NCBI RefSeq assembly: GCF_006345805.1
Contig: NC_043003.1
Location: 66,402,001-66,466,000 of the forward strand
Reading direction: 5' to 3'
From: Octopus sinensis
Taxonomy: Eukaryota
DNA: 64,000 nucleotides
Shown here piece after piece: positions 13,317 through 25,275 of the stretch; positions within the stretch are counted from its first letter, which is position 1, and the number at the start of each line of letters is the position of its first letter. The position numbers and the translations under genes are program-made. Under the pieces are notes generated by a model. It saw only the letters and a list, made by a program, of their open reading frames with translations, did no database searches and had not been told where the DNA came from.

Positions 13317-14885
13317 AGAGTAATGATTCTTCCAGCTAATCTATTTGTGGCCTCATAAATATCTTTAGTGTTATGCCCACACATTTTTGGGTTTTTCAGA
13401 ATCCTGAAAGCGGTAAATAAAGTATCTTGCATCTTGGGGTCTGTATACTGTGTTCACCTTTCAGAGTGCTTATGCTTTCCTTTCTGTGTAAAAAAATGAA
13501 TATCAGGCAAAGATATTGACTGAGTCCTTCTCTCTCTGACATTACTTGTCTTTCGCAAAACCAAAGATTGCTTTTCATTATTCCTGACTCGTTTAAGACG
13601 TCGAGATGGCAGCCTCGTGTGCTTATCGGACAAAATGCTTAGCAACATTTCAAATTCCGCCGTGGTCAATGTGGCCTTAGTAAATGTTCCATAGCATTTT
13701 GCTTTACGTTTAAAAGTATTTTCATCGCTGTTTGAATGCCTTATCTGATGTCATGGGTGAGCGACTCCATTAACACTTTTTCTTCTCGCAATTGACTCTC
13801 TTGTAATCACGGAATTTCTTTCACGGTTAATAAATCTTAGAAGATATAAAAATTATTCAATGTATTTGCAGCGCCGTGGAAAGATACTAACCTGTTCACG
13901 GCAACAGATGTTACGGAGTTAATCGACAGAGCATACGTAACCGAATGGGATTTGAAACAGGAAATCTGTTATTTCCATAAGATTGTTTCTGCTGTTCCCA
14001 TCATTTCTTACCCAATCTCTTCATCCAATATATTTTGATATTGCTTTGCAGTTCTATTTTCATCTAGTTTCCGTATAAATGTTCTTGATTAAACACAGCA
14101 CAGCAATCGTAACACTTTGTTATTCGACACATGGGATTTTCTTCTGAACCACATCTTCACCGTCCACAAACACATTACGTAAAGAAAGAAATTTTCAAAT
14201 CTATCTTCAACGCACCGCAAAATTTCTTTTTAACATTGACATCCGAAGGGAATACAGAGCTGTTAATGAAATCTCGTTCAGCTGTTCGCACAGTGAGCTA
14301 CTGGTTTAGGGATACATTTTCACTTATTACAAATGCATCAGGTACACGTCTAAGGTAAAATTCTTGGATTGGTTCATTGTGAAAGATAAATTGGAAGTGT
14401 TTAGATATTTTAGGATAAATGGCAATTTAATGCATTGAAAACAAATGACTCTGTGTTACTGACGTGCGAGAAAAATCTATAATAAGGAAATTCAAAATAG
14501 AAAATTGCATTGGTTATTCAAAGGAATATCAAATTATTTCATTCTCCATACTTTAATCAAGAAATGTTCAAAATGTTACGAATGTCCGTCCTTTTGGAGA
14601 CATTATATGAACAATAAATTGCACAAGCGGAAGTATGACTGGGTACGAGGTTGGCTTCGCAGCCATGTGGTTTCCGTTTCAGGCCCACTGCACGATGACA
14701 TGGACAATGCCTATTACTCTAGCTCCAAGCCGATCATTAACTGTAGAACTCACACACATTACATACAGAACTGTATGTAGGTATGTGTATATGTTTATCT
14801 TCCACAGCATGACAACCGGTGGCTTTTTCTATTTCATAAAACACCCTTGGTCGAGTGGTGGAGCATCTTGGATATGTACCTTGTC

Positions 14886-14951
<66 letters not shown>

Positions 14952-15057
14952 GATGGATGGATGGATGGATGGATGGATGGATGGATGGATGGATGGACGG
15001 ATGTATGAATGTATGTATGTATGTATTATGTGTGTATGTATGCATATACATATATAT

Positions 15058-15362
15058 GCAGGAGTGGCTGTGTGGTAAGTAGCTTGCTTACCATCATATG
15101 ATTCCGGGTTTAGTCCCACTGCGTGGCACCTTGGATTTGGTAGACTGAAACTGAAAGAAGCCCGTCGTATATATATATTACTATATATATATATTACGTG
15201 TGTGTGTGTTTTTTTTTGTGTGTATATTTTTGTGTCTATGTTTATTTGTCTGCGTTTAGTCCCCAACATCGCTTAACAACCGATACTGGTGTATTTTCGT
15301 CCCCGTAACTTAGAAGTTCGGCAAAAGAGACCGATAGTAAAAGTACTAGGCTTACATAGGAT
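15058..15362 (+). mobile_element. SINE family B, 3'-truncated by a family G copy
   Basis: gcaggagtggctgtgtggtaag (A box) ... gggtttagtccc (B box). Confidence 0.85.
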
Positions 15363-15364
15363 AA

Positions 15365-15760
15365 CATTAAATTAAACGAATTAAATTAACTTGTCTTATG
15401 AGTAAGTAAAGCCTTACGGCAAGGATACAAGATTTCGCAGGCGCAGGGAAGAATATAGATGTTGCACGGACAGCGGCCGAACCAGGAAAGAAAGGTCAGG
15501 CTTGGCCGAACAACGGTCACGTGCGGAGAGAAGAGAGAGAAGTAGAGGCAAGGGGACAGAAGAAATAAGGAGGGGCGAGGAAAAATGACAGTGACACAGT
15601 GAAGTAAAAAGAGGAGGGAGAGTGAGCATGAAGAGAAGGCAATGTGAGAGAGGAGGGGGAATGAAAGGACGAAGAGTCGAATGAACGAAGTAAGTGTGAA
15701 AGGGCTGATAGAAAGAAGGAAAGGATAAAAGAATAAGAGAATAGTGTCGTACAAGATTTA
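15365..15760 (-). repeat. Interspersed repeat family G (pyrimidine-rich, possibly Penelope-like terminal region)
   Basis: Diverged reverse complement of 17820-18170 (gccgtaaggctttactt, caacatctatatt, aagcctgacctttc shared). Confidence 0.65.
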
Positions 15761-17381
15761 GATAAATATATACTTACATATAAGAGACCAAAATGTACGT
15801 ACGCCGGGGGAAATCTTATGTATACAGTTGCATATACAACAACTACTGTATGAGTTATAGACCCACGTAGATTATGTTTATCCACTCAGCTTCCAAATAA
15901 CTACGTTGCTGAAACGTGCGTAGGAACTAAATATTCATGATGGTGTGTATCTGTATTTCCACATTTACGTATACTCTCGCTCTCCATGTATACACACACG
16001 TACACATGCACGACCGCACGAACATAAACACACACAGGGATAGATGGAGAGGTGGGATAAGAGGGGTATTTTATTTTATGCTGAATACAATTAATTCTAG
16101 AATATCATTTGTTTACTGGAAAATTCGCTGCCATGTCCCTTAAACAACTATTTTTAAGATTCGTACCAAACTTCTGCTTTAACCCTGTATTTAAAATTGA
16201 TAAACCACAAATTATCTCTAAGAAATATGTTCGTGTAATGAAAGCTATGTCAAGATATTACAATGAGATATTACCTAACCAGAATAAGGAATCCGAAAAA
16301 GAACTTAATCCGCAGATCTTTGCATGCATCTCTATCAAAACCTAGCGTATATTAAGATATGTATTAATAAACTAAACAAATCTTATAACATGATAAATAA
16401 CATAAATAATATATAAAATCAAAACTTTTCTATTAAGCCGTTAAGATTTTAATTAATCATTTAATTAATTTCGGGATCAGTTTCAATCATTGAAATAAAT
16501 AATTTTGTTTACTTTGGATTTAATATATATTATTAAAGGGCAAAGTTCCAATCGTATTGTCAGCTTTCGTTCGTCAACACACGTTAACATTCACGCTTAA
16601 TTGTATTCATAAATGGATATTAAAAATAGGAATAATGGCGATTGATAAATTAGCAATTGAAAAATCAGTGTTAAGTTTGAGATTATGAAGCAGTTTAGCT
16701 AAAGTGTAGAGCAACACATTCGGGTATGAATAGGAAATTTTTGAGAGGGTGAGTTACCGTTTGTGAATCAATAAAGATTTCCTTTTACTGAAGAATCATC
16801 CGGATCTTATCTTCCTGAAGGAGGAAAATTACAATTAGAAATTTATTGAGGTAATATTTATTCCCACTTCAACGTGGATGTTCTGTTAGAATTAACTTTA
16901 CTGCGGTATTTACCATGAGAAAACTCTCATAATGACTTTGGATGCAGAATGCACGCGTGTTTGTTTATATCGTCAGCGGGGAGATAAATGTACACTAAGC
17001 CCAGTGCGGAGACAAACAGATCACGTAATTTCTATCTTTCTTTGATCTCATCGGTGTTGGATACTCGACCGCTAAAAATAGCAGCGACTCAGCCCTCCGC
17101 TAGCGATATTTACGCCAAAAACCTATATGAAAGTTTCTCTCGTGGAAACTACAGCTGTGAATTTTCTTCAAACAGAATATCCTCGTTTAAATGAGGATAA
17201 ATTTTATATCTCAGTACCAATACTGGCTCTGTCGCTAATACATATACATACATACACATATATGTATATATATATATATATAATAAAAAATTCCTTGGTC
17301 AGTCTCAGAACAATGTGTTGAACTTTTCGCTGCTACATATTGTAATGGTTACCGGTCCCTTGTAACAAGCAGTAATGAGTT

Positions 17382-17794
17382 TACTACTAACAATATAGGA
17401 TGAAGTCCCTTTCTCTGATGTACTTAAGTGTAGTTGTGTTTTTAGCTTCTGCTTTTTCCATAAACGCATGTAAGTATTTTATTTATATTCCCTCGTAAGC
17501 TCTACTGACGAAGAATGTATCCTTTCTAGGATTGATTCCGAAATTGATTCAATATAGAGATAATGAAATTTAAATTTTCTAAAGGTTAGTTGCCCGTTAT
17601 CAGTTCAATTTTCCTGTAACAAGTGGATTATAAGTGGATAATCAGTATATTGGCTTTAGAATAATCTTCTTTAGCCCTTGCTTATAAGATGTTTATATTT
17701 CAACCGTAAAGTGTTTTTTTTAATATACTGCCACGCTTCTTGATGGAATTCTTTTCTGTATAGAAAGGGACTTCATCCTATATTGTTAGTAGTA
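17382..17794 (+). mobile_element. 413-bp non-autonomous element bounded by a perfect 33-bp inverted repeat and containing a hammerhead ribozyme
   Basis: tactactaacaatataggatgaagtccctttct (17382-17414) is the exact reverse complement of 17762-17794; (TA)n follows. Confidence 0.75.
17500..17559 (+). ncRNA. Type I hammerhead ribozyme, AUA site (predicted cleavage after 17554)
   Basis: CTCTA-CTGACGA-AGAATGTATCCT[ttct]AGGATTGATTCC-GAAA-TTG[att]CAA-TA-TAGAG; stem I 5 bp perfect; A.C mismatch at the base of stem II. Confidence 0.75.
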
Positions 17795-17819
17795 TATATA
17801 TATATATATATATATATAT

Positions 17820-18480
17820 TCTTTCATTATTTTCTTCTTTCTATCAGCTCTTTAAAACATACTTCGTTCATTCCACTCTACGTTCTCTCATTCCCCCTCT
17901 CTCACATTTCCTGGTCTTCTCTTCGTGCTCACTTCCCCTCCTCTTTCACTTCACTCTATCCCTTACATTTTTTCTTGTCCCTCCTTATTTCTTCTGTCCC
18001 TCTGCCTCTACCTCTCTCTCTTCTCTCCACCAGGTGACCGCTGGTCAGCTAAGCCTGACCTTTCGTTCTTGGTTCGACTACCATCCGTGCAACATCTATA
18101 TTTCTCCCTGTGCCTGTCAAAACTTATGTCCCTGCCGTAAGGCTTTACTTCCACACACACCAGCTTAATTTAAGTCGTCCTTAGTCGAAAAGCATCTGTT
18201 GTTATGTCCTGTTATTTACATTTGTATTTGTGTAACATTTCTCCGATTTTTTCGTCCTTGTTTTCGTATACATTCGCTGTTTCTTCCAAGGAATCTAATG
18301 CTCTTAGCTTAGTTTATCCTTGAGGATGACTAGTTTGGAGCAATCTCGAGTATAACAAACCGAAATTGCAAAGATAATCTGGACCTCGACTGAGGAAAGA
18401 AAACTCCGAATGACCCATCCTTGTTTTCTTTGTATCGTCTGGATGTTTTGTGTTCTTTCCCAGTTTTGTATTTTCATATA
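17820..18480 (+). repeat. Family G, longer copy with HHR-like remnant near 18311-18376
   Basis: Homology to 15365-15760; ttatcc-TTGAGGA...GTTTG..CAAAC-CGAAA-TTGCAA-AGATAA. Confidence 0.6.
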
Positions 18481-18481
18481 C

Positions 18482-18519
<38 letters not shown>

Positions 18520-18569
18520 TATGTGTGTGTGTGTGCGCGCGCGCGCGTGTGCATGTGTGTGTGTATATA

Positions 18570-19885
18570 TAGGCTCATCCCAGAAATAATGTGTTTTCTA
18601 TACTTCTTATTCTTTCAAAATTATGATAAACAATGTTCTTTTTTAATCTTATGATAAACTCTCCCTCATTTTCTACAATGCTCTTCCATCTATCTGGTAG
18701 ACGTGCAAGGTCCCTCCTCCAAAATTTACATGTCCATTACGAAAAATACTCCTCCAGTACTGTTCTGACCTCATCTAAATCATTCCTATTTTTTCCGTCC
18801 AAATCACTATGGAGGCTGTGGAATAAACGATAACCAGATGGGGCAATGTCTCGCAAATATGGTGGATGTAGCATCGTTTCCCATTAAAACTGTTATAGCC
18901 TTTGGAATGTCATCTTTGCTGTATGTGGCCGAGTATTATTCTGATGGAAGAACACTTTTCGTCTTGCAACCAAAAATGAGCGGTTTTCTTCTAGTGCTGG
19001 CTGAAGCCGCTCAAGCTGCTCGCAGTAGATCTCCCTTGTTATCATTTGGTTTGAGTTTAAAAGTTCAAAGTGGACTAAACCTTCCTTATCCCACCAAACA
19101 AATAACAACAGCTTATGTGGGTGAATACCCTCTTTTACCTGAGGTGTTGGTATTTCTCCTTTCCCTAACCACTGTCTTCGGCGCTTCACATTTTTACAGA
19201 GAACGCATTTCTCATCACCAGTCGTTATTTGATCCAAAAAAGGTTCATTCATGAGACGTGAGAGCAAAGAATAGCATACATTCACTCTCTGCACACGATT
19301 AGACTCGGAAATTTTGTGGGGGACCCATTGACCCGATGTGTTGACTTTTTCGATGGCACAGAGATGTTGAATAACCAAACCCAACTTTTCCGATGGAACG
19401 CAGGTGTTGAATGACCAAATCCAAGCTTCTCTGCTAGTTCCTCTACAGTTACGAGCGGATTTTTTTCCACCAGGGTTTGCAAGACGTTCTCATCGAGCTC
19501 TACAGAACTCTCGGGATGAAGCTCGTCTTCTTGGGTGTAGTTTCCGGTTCGGAATTTCTGTTACCACTATTGACACTGACATGTTGTCCCATCCCCATAT
19601 ACTGCATCAATATTCCTCCCACTTTTCGTTACGTTGTTACCTTTATTGAACTCATAAAGAAAAATATGCCTAATATGCTCCTTTGTCACTTACGTTATAG
19701 CTTTGAAAACATAATTGTTAAAATCGAACGGCACTCTTCAAAACTTGCACTAAGAATAAGTAAAAAGAAAAGGGTAAAAATACTACCTGATTTTATAGCA
19801 AGTTGATGCAGGTAGTTTATACTGCCCACTTCCGACTTTTAGTTCATGCAATTGAAGAAACCACATCATTTATGGGGTAACCCAA
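18570..19885 (-). mobile_element. mariner (DD34D) transposon, about 1.3 kb, transposase pseudogene
   Basis: WVPH, TGDEK, HQNN (from HQDN), PPY..DIAPSG (from PSD); diverged ~30-bp TIRs; TA at left end. Confidence 0.9.
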
Positions 19886-19920
19886 TGTATGTATATATAT
19901 ATGTGTGTGTGTGTACGTGT

Positions 19921-20085
19921 ACGATGAGCTGCTTTCGGTTTCGATCTATTAAATCCACTCACAAAGCTTTGGCTAGTACGGTGCTATAATGGAAGACAAT
20001 TGCCCATTGTGTCACGTAATGGGACTGAACGTGCAACCACGTGCTTGGGAAACTAGCTTCTAACCACAGAGCCACGCCTACACCT
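19921..20085 (-). mobile_element. SINE family B, 5' half
   Basis: aaatccactcacaaagcttt...gaagacaattgccc...gggactgaac...aaccacagagcc. Confidence 0.7.
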
Positions 20086-21104
20086 ATTTGTATGCAATGT
20101 TCTAAAAATTTGTTGTTCGTTGCTCATCCATGATAAATATCTTACCGAGATATAATACCGTAATTTTGGAATTTCTATATCAATGGAATTAATGTTTACA
20201 TTTCATCATACCCTTGGCTGAAACAAAATATCATTGACAAAATAGATTTGTTTCATTAAATGATACCTTCCCTTAAAACATCTGGCTTTAAACCAACGAT
20301 AGAATTAAATTTGATACATGTAAAAATATACCCTGCAGAAGATTTACCTTATTCTCTGCAAAATGCCTTCGGGTAAAATTATAAAATTCTTGTTTTTCTG
20401 CATTGTCTTATTGATTTTTAATGTATTTAGTGACAGACCGGAAATTAAATGCTTGCTTCTGCGCAGTTGTGTATTCTGTGTACTGTCCATTACGAATTTA
20501 ATAACTTGCGGTTTTGATTGATTTTAACGATTTGTATTGGATTATTTCCGTGGTGCCCTGTAATGGCTTTAAGAATTGTCTTGCGTCCATGTATAAATCT
20601 TACAAAATAGTGTGTCTTAACAAGCAATGTTGTGTTTCACCGCTGAAAGGGCCTTTAAAAAGTGCCCTCTTCTCTGATAGTTTGCAAGTGTGGCTAGCTG
20701 AGAATGCTTGGCGCAATCATTCAGTTTCGTAGCAAAAGATTAATGGAAGTTATAAATCAATGCATTGCCAAATACTTAAATTGTTATTTAAAACATCTCA
20801 GTTGTTTGAGAGAATTTTATGGGTTAAACTATATTTATATGTTCATTTATTACCATTTAAGTTCTAGGTTCAAATCCTGCTCAGCTGTCTCATCAAGGGC
20901 GAAATCAGTCATGAAGGATGTCATAAAAGCGACTCAATAGTTTATCTCTCTCTCCTTACATTGTTGCAACCAAGTGACCACGAAAAAAAAGCATACACAC
21001 ATAATTTTATTCGTATGTATGTTTGTATACATCACCTTATACGATGTGTGCGTATGTGTATACAGTTGTGTTAATGTTTAGATTTCTCTCAATGTATATT
21101 CATG

Positions 21105-21148
<44 letters not shown>

Positions 21149-21209
21149 CATATGTCTTTTGTGCAGGTGTATGTATGCACATGGCTATATGTATGTATGT
21201 ATGTATGTA

Positions 21210-21505
21210 CATCGGCACAGAGACTTGGGAGACACTTGCTGCCGACCGCTCATCCTGGCGCAGCGCAATCACCACAGGAGCAAAGACAGCCGAGGAGAGA
21301 CGGATTCAATCAGCAGAACAGAAACGCCAGATCCGGAAAGCCAGAGCCACCTGCACCAATAGCAAAGCCCCTACCCACTTCTGCCCCATCTGTGGGGGGG
21401 GGGGCTTTCTTACCCGGATTGGCCTCACCAGCCATCTCCGGTCTCATAGCAGCAATTCCACCAAATGATGTCAATGGTCATCTTCGAACCCGAAGGACGA
21501 ACATT
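21210..21505 (+). mobile_element. RTE (BovB-like) LINE 3' end inserted in (GTAT)n
   Basis: WETLAADRSSWRSAI..KRQIRKAR..CPICG..FLTRIGLTSHLRSH* (C2H2 finger) plus short 3' UTR ggtcatcttcgaacccgaaggacgaac. Confidence 0.85.
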
Positions 21506-21526
21506 ATTAACGTATGTATGTATGTA

Positions 21527-21598
<72 letters not shown>

Positions 21599-21749
21599 GG
21601 ATGAATGAACTATCCTTTGTTTACAGTTAACACGGAAAATTCAATAAACAGTCACCAGGTTAGCAAGATTCACGCAAGTTACAAGGATGTAGCGACCTAT
21701 TCAGAGGTAGAAACTCCGGCTTAATGTGCAGTAATGTGTATAGTATGAA

Positions 21750-22086
21750 TAAATAAATGGAGTTGAACGCAGACGTTATTCAAATTCTTTTACTTTCGAC
21801 ATATGTTTCGAAGACAACTTTGGTTTCATTTCTATGGTCTACCTTGGACGTCAGATCTACTAACGGTTATTTTTTAAAATACTTAATGGCGTTCTGTTTA
21901 TCATTTATGCAGTCATCAAAATTGTTATAATGTCTTGTTGTTGAGATGGTTCTCTTTCTTTCCTGATGAGAAGATTACATTATTTTACACCGTTTATTCC
22001 TTTGGAATAAAACCAATGTTTTCTTCGAAACATATGTCGAAAGTAAAAGAATTTGAATAACATCTGCGTTCAACTCCATTTATTTA
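21750..22086 (+). mobile_element. 337-bp element with 65-bp inverted arms and an internal hammerhead ribozyme (Penelope-like derivative)
   Basis: 21750-21814 is the reverse complement of 22022-22086 with one mismatch; (TA)n immediately downstream. Confidence 0.8.
21958..22043 (+). ncRNA. Canonical type I hammerhead ribozyme, GUC site (predicted cleavage after 22038)
   Basis: CTTTC-CTGATGA-GAAGA..TCTTC-GAAA-CATATG-TC-GAAAG; all core nucleotides present; palindromic stem III; extended stem II (ACATT/AATGT, TTTATTCC/GGAATAAA). Confidence 0.88.
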
Positions 22087-22145
<59 letters not shown>

Positions 22146-22377
22146 AGCAGAAGCACAATTAAAGGTTACAAACCTCATTCAGGGATAGCAGAATCCTATG
22201 AAAGTACTGTTTAGTTACCTATATAAAAAAAAATTGAACACTGTATTTAATACTCAAATGCAAGTCAACTATACTAACCATGCTTTATATATATCTATTT
22301 ATTATAATAATAAGATGAGAGAATAGAAAGATAATTAATAAATTATTATTCATTAATTAAAAAACTTGGCAAACATC

Positions 22378-22459
22378 CCTTACAGCTGTTTCAATATAGA
22401 CCCTCCGAAAATTAATTAATTAAATTAAAAGTTATTTGAAAGTCGAATCTCTTCAGAGG
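22378..22459 (-). ncRNA. Type I hammerhead ribozyme, GUA site, intact core and weakened stems
   Basis: Minus strand CCT-CTGAAGA-GATTCGAC..GTCTATATT-GAAA-CAGCTG-TA-AGG. Confidence 0.55.
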
Positions 22460-22897
22460 TAGATGAATATATACAAAATAGGAGTTCAATTCCTGCATGT
22501 TGAGTAACAGAGTAGATATTGTCGTTTTGGACAGAAAAGTATGTACCGTAGTATAAATCAGCGGCCATGCTGATGTGAATATCTCATTAAGCATAACGGA
22601 AAAATAGCATAACTATCGGTAACTGATTTGAACCCTTCAGCTTGTATGTCCAGATTATAAATTTATATGTTTATCAATAATTAGGGCACTTGGTTTTGTG
22701 AGTAAATGCCTAAGGAACAATCTGTAAAGTTTGTCCTTTCAGAAAAAGAAGTCAACCCGTTAATTCGCATATTGCAAATAGAACACGTAAGCAGAACGGT
22801 AGAGATAAGCAAGGTATTTCGCAAGTCCAAAATGCGACGTTATTTTGATTATGTACTGAACATCGACGGAGTTTTGCCGTCAAATACTGCACAAACA

Positions 22898-22959
<62 letters not shown>

Positions 22960-23099
22960 AACACAAACACGCAAATACCCATGCACAAATATTCACTTGA
23001 TCCTCTTGAACCTGAAATTTCAATGATGGACCCTTGGGTCTAGGTTAGAAACCGGCTCTTTTTCTTCTGGCAAGACATCTTAAAATAAATCTGGATAAT

Positions 23100-23301
23100 A
23101 ACGTACATACATACATACATACATACACACATACATACATACATACATACTTACATACAATACATACATACACACATACATACAATACATACATACATAC
23201 ATACACACACACATACATACACATGCATACATACATACACACATACATACACACATACATACACACATACATACAATGCATATATACATTACATACATAC
23301 A

Positions 23302-23332
<31 letters not shown>

Positions 23333-23360
23333 CATACATACATACTTACATACATACAAA
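23100..23360. repeat. (ATAC)n/(AC)n compound microsatellite
   Basis: Direct reading. Confidence 0.95.
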
Positions 23361-23708
23361 CATAAAATTAAGTAATTTAATGCAATTATAGTATTCTTTT
23401 TTCCATCTTCCCTAGTTCCTGGCTTCTGTTCGAGAGAAGCCGTTTTGGTTTTTATGTTTTCCTGTCTAGTTGCCAACAACTTCTCACATTCATTACTTGT
23501 GATTACCGCTTCGTATTCCTTTTCTATATTTATGTGGCTGTTGAAATTTAGTCTTAATATGTTTCCACTATTTCAGAGGCGAGATTTCTTTTGTAGCGTT
23601 CCTTTCTTAATCATTGCAGATGCTAAATTTTCACACTTGGCATTCAAAACGGAATATTAAAGCAAATACAAAAACACTCGCAATAACGCCTCAGTTCTTC
23701 AAAGTTAT

Positions 23709-24166
23709 TCTTTTATTCATTTATTCGTTTCAGTCATTTGACTGCGGCCATGCAGGAGCACCACCTTTAGTCGAGAAAATCGACCCTAGGACTAATTCTT
23801 TGTAAGCCTAGTACTTATTGTATCGGTATCTTTTGCTGAATCACTAGGTTACGGGAACGTAAGCACACCAGCATCGGTCATCAAGCAATGTTGAGGGGAC
23901 AAACAGACACACACAAACATATACATACATACATACATACATACAGACACAGAGACACACACTGACACACAGACACACACACACACATATACATATATAT
24001 ATATACGACGGGCTTCTTTCAGTTTCCGTCTACCAAATCCACTCACAAGGCTTTGATCGATCCGAGGCTATAGTTTAAGACACTTGCCCAAAGTCCCACG
24101 CAGTAGGATTGAACCCAGAACCAGGAGCTTGGTACGCAAGATACTTACCACAGAGCCAGTCCTGCG
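23709..24166 (-). mobile_element. SINE family B, full length
   Basis: Tail gtttcagtcatttgactgcggccatgcaggagcacc; head gattgaacccagaacc..cttaccacagagccagtcctgc. Confidence 0.85.
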
Positions 24167-24439
24167 TGTTACTATATTATCGTTTATTTTTCAGGCATTA
24201 AGCTGCGGCCATACTAGAGCACAGCCATGAAGAATTTTTAGTCAAACTAATCTATCCTCTTACTTTTTTCCGACCTGATTCTATCGATTCCTATGCCGAA
24301 CCGCTAGGTTACGGAAGCATAAACATATCAAAATCCATTGTCAAGCAGTGGGGGGGGGACACTCATACGCATACACATACACACACTCCCCCCCATATAC
24401 ACATATATGTCTACCAAATCTATATATTTACAAGGATTC

Positions 24440-24571
24440 AATTGATTTCGAACCCAGTCCCACTGTGTGGCATGCTGGAAAAGTGACCACTACTATAGTT
24501 CCGGGCCGTCCAAAGCCTAGTGAGTAGATTTGATAGACGGAAACTAAAAGAAGCCTGTCGTATATATATAT

Positions 24572-24604
<33 letters not shown>

Positions 24605-24619
24605 ACCATACATACACAA

Positions 24620-24712
<93 letters not shown>

Positions 24713-24859
24713 GTAGTCCCTCACCATATCGCGGTTCGCCCATCACGGTTTGTTGTTGTTTTGCAGTTATAGAAAATATACAGTAAGGTACTGTTTCTAC
24801 TTAGCAGATTTTCACCTATCGCGGGGATTTTTGAAATGTAACACCTGTGATAATCGAGC

Positions 24860-24912
<53 letters not shown>

Positions 24913-25089
24913 CCTGTGTGGTGCGTGAGCGTGGGGGTATATATATATATATATATCTGTGAGAGCCTTTGTGTCTGCTTTTATCCCCTCCCCCACCTCT
25001 TGACAACCAGTGTTTGTGTATATACGTCACTGTAACTAAGCAGTTGGATAAAAGAAAATGATAGAATAAGTGTCAGGCTTAAACAAATA

Positions 25090-25121
<32 letters not shown>

Positions 25122-25275
25122 TATATAATATATATATATAATATATATATATATATATAATATATATATATGGAAAACAAAGAAATACTAGGGTCGATCA
25201 TTCAGTTAAAAATTTCCTCAAGGCGGTGCTCCAGCATGGCCGCTGTCTAATGACTGAAAGAAGTAAAAGATAAAA
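24440..25275 (+). mobile_element. SINE family B with expanded internal microsatellite and a nested MITE
   Basis: Head 24440-24560, body and tail 24970-25275 (aaggcggtgctccagcatggccgc...gtaaaaga). Confidence 0.7.
24711..24865. mobile_element. pogo/Tigger-like MITE in (TA)n
   Basis: Left end tagtagtccctcaccatatcgcgg, internal ttcacctatcgcgg repeat, degenerate right end ctgtgataatcgagcgtttaca. Confidence 0.5.

Noticed and set aside
15845-15925. ACGTAG/CTACGT stem followed by GAAA-CGTGCG-TA-GG
   Set aside because: No recognisable CUGANGA in register and no stem I partner; at most a very decayed relic.
16109-16345. 78-aa ORF MSLKQLFLRFVPNF...
   Set aside because: No recognisable domain, splice context or codon-level evidence; the length is expected by chance.
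20480-20780. Repeat-free segment that might be a conserved non-coding enhancer
   Set aside because: Conservation cannot be judged from one sequence; short motif matches are uninformative.
22165-22200. Minus-strand CUGAAUGA-GGUU[ugu]AACC
   Set aside because: No GAAA after the stem, so there is insufficient support for a hammerhead.
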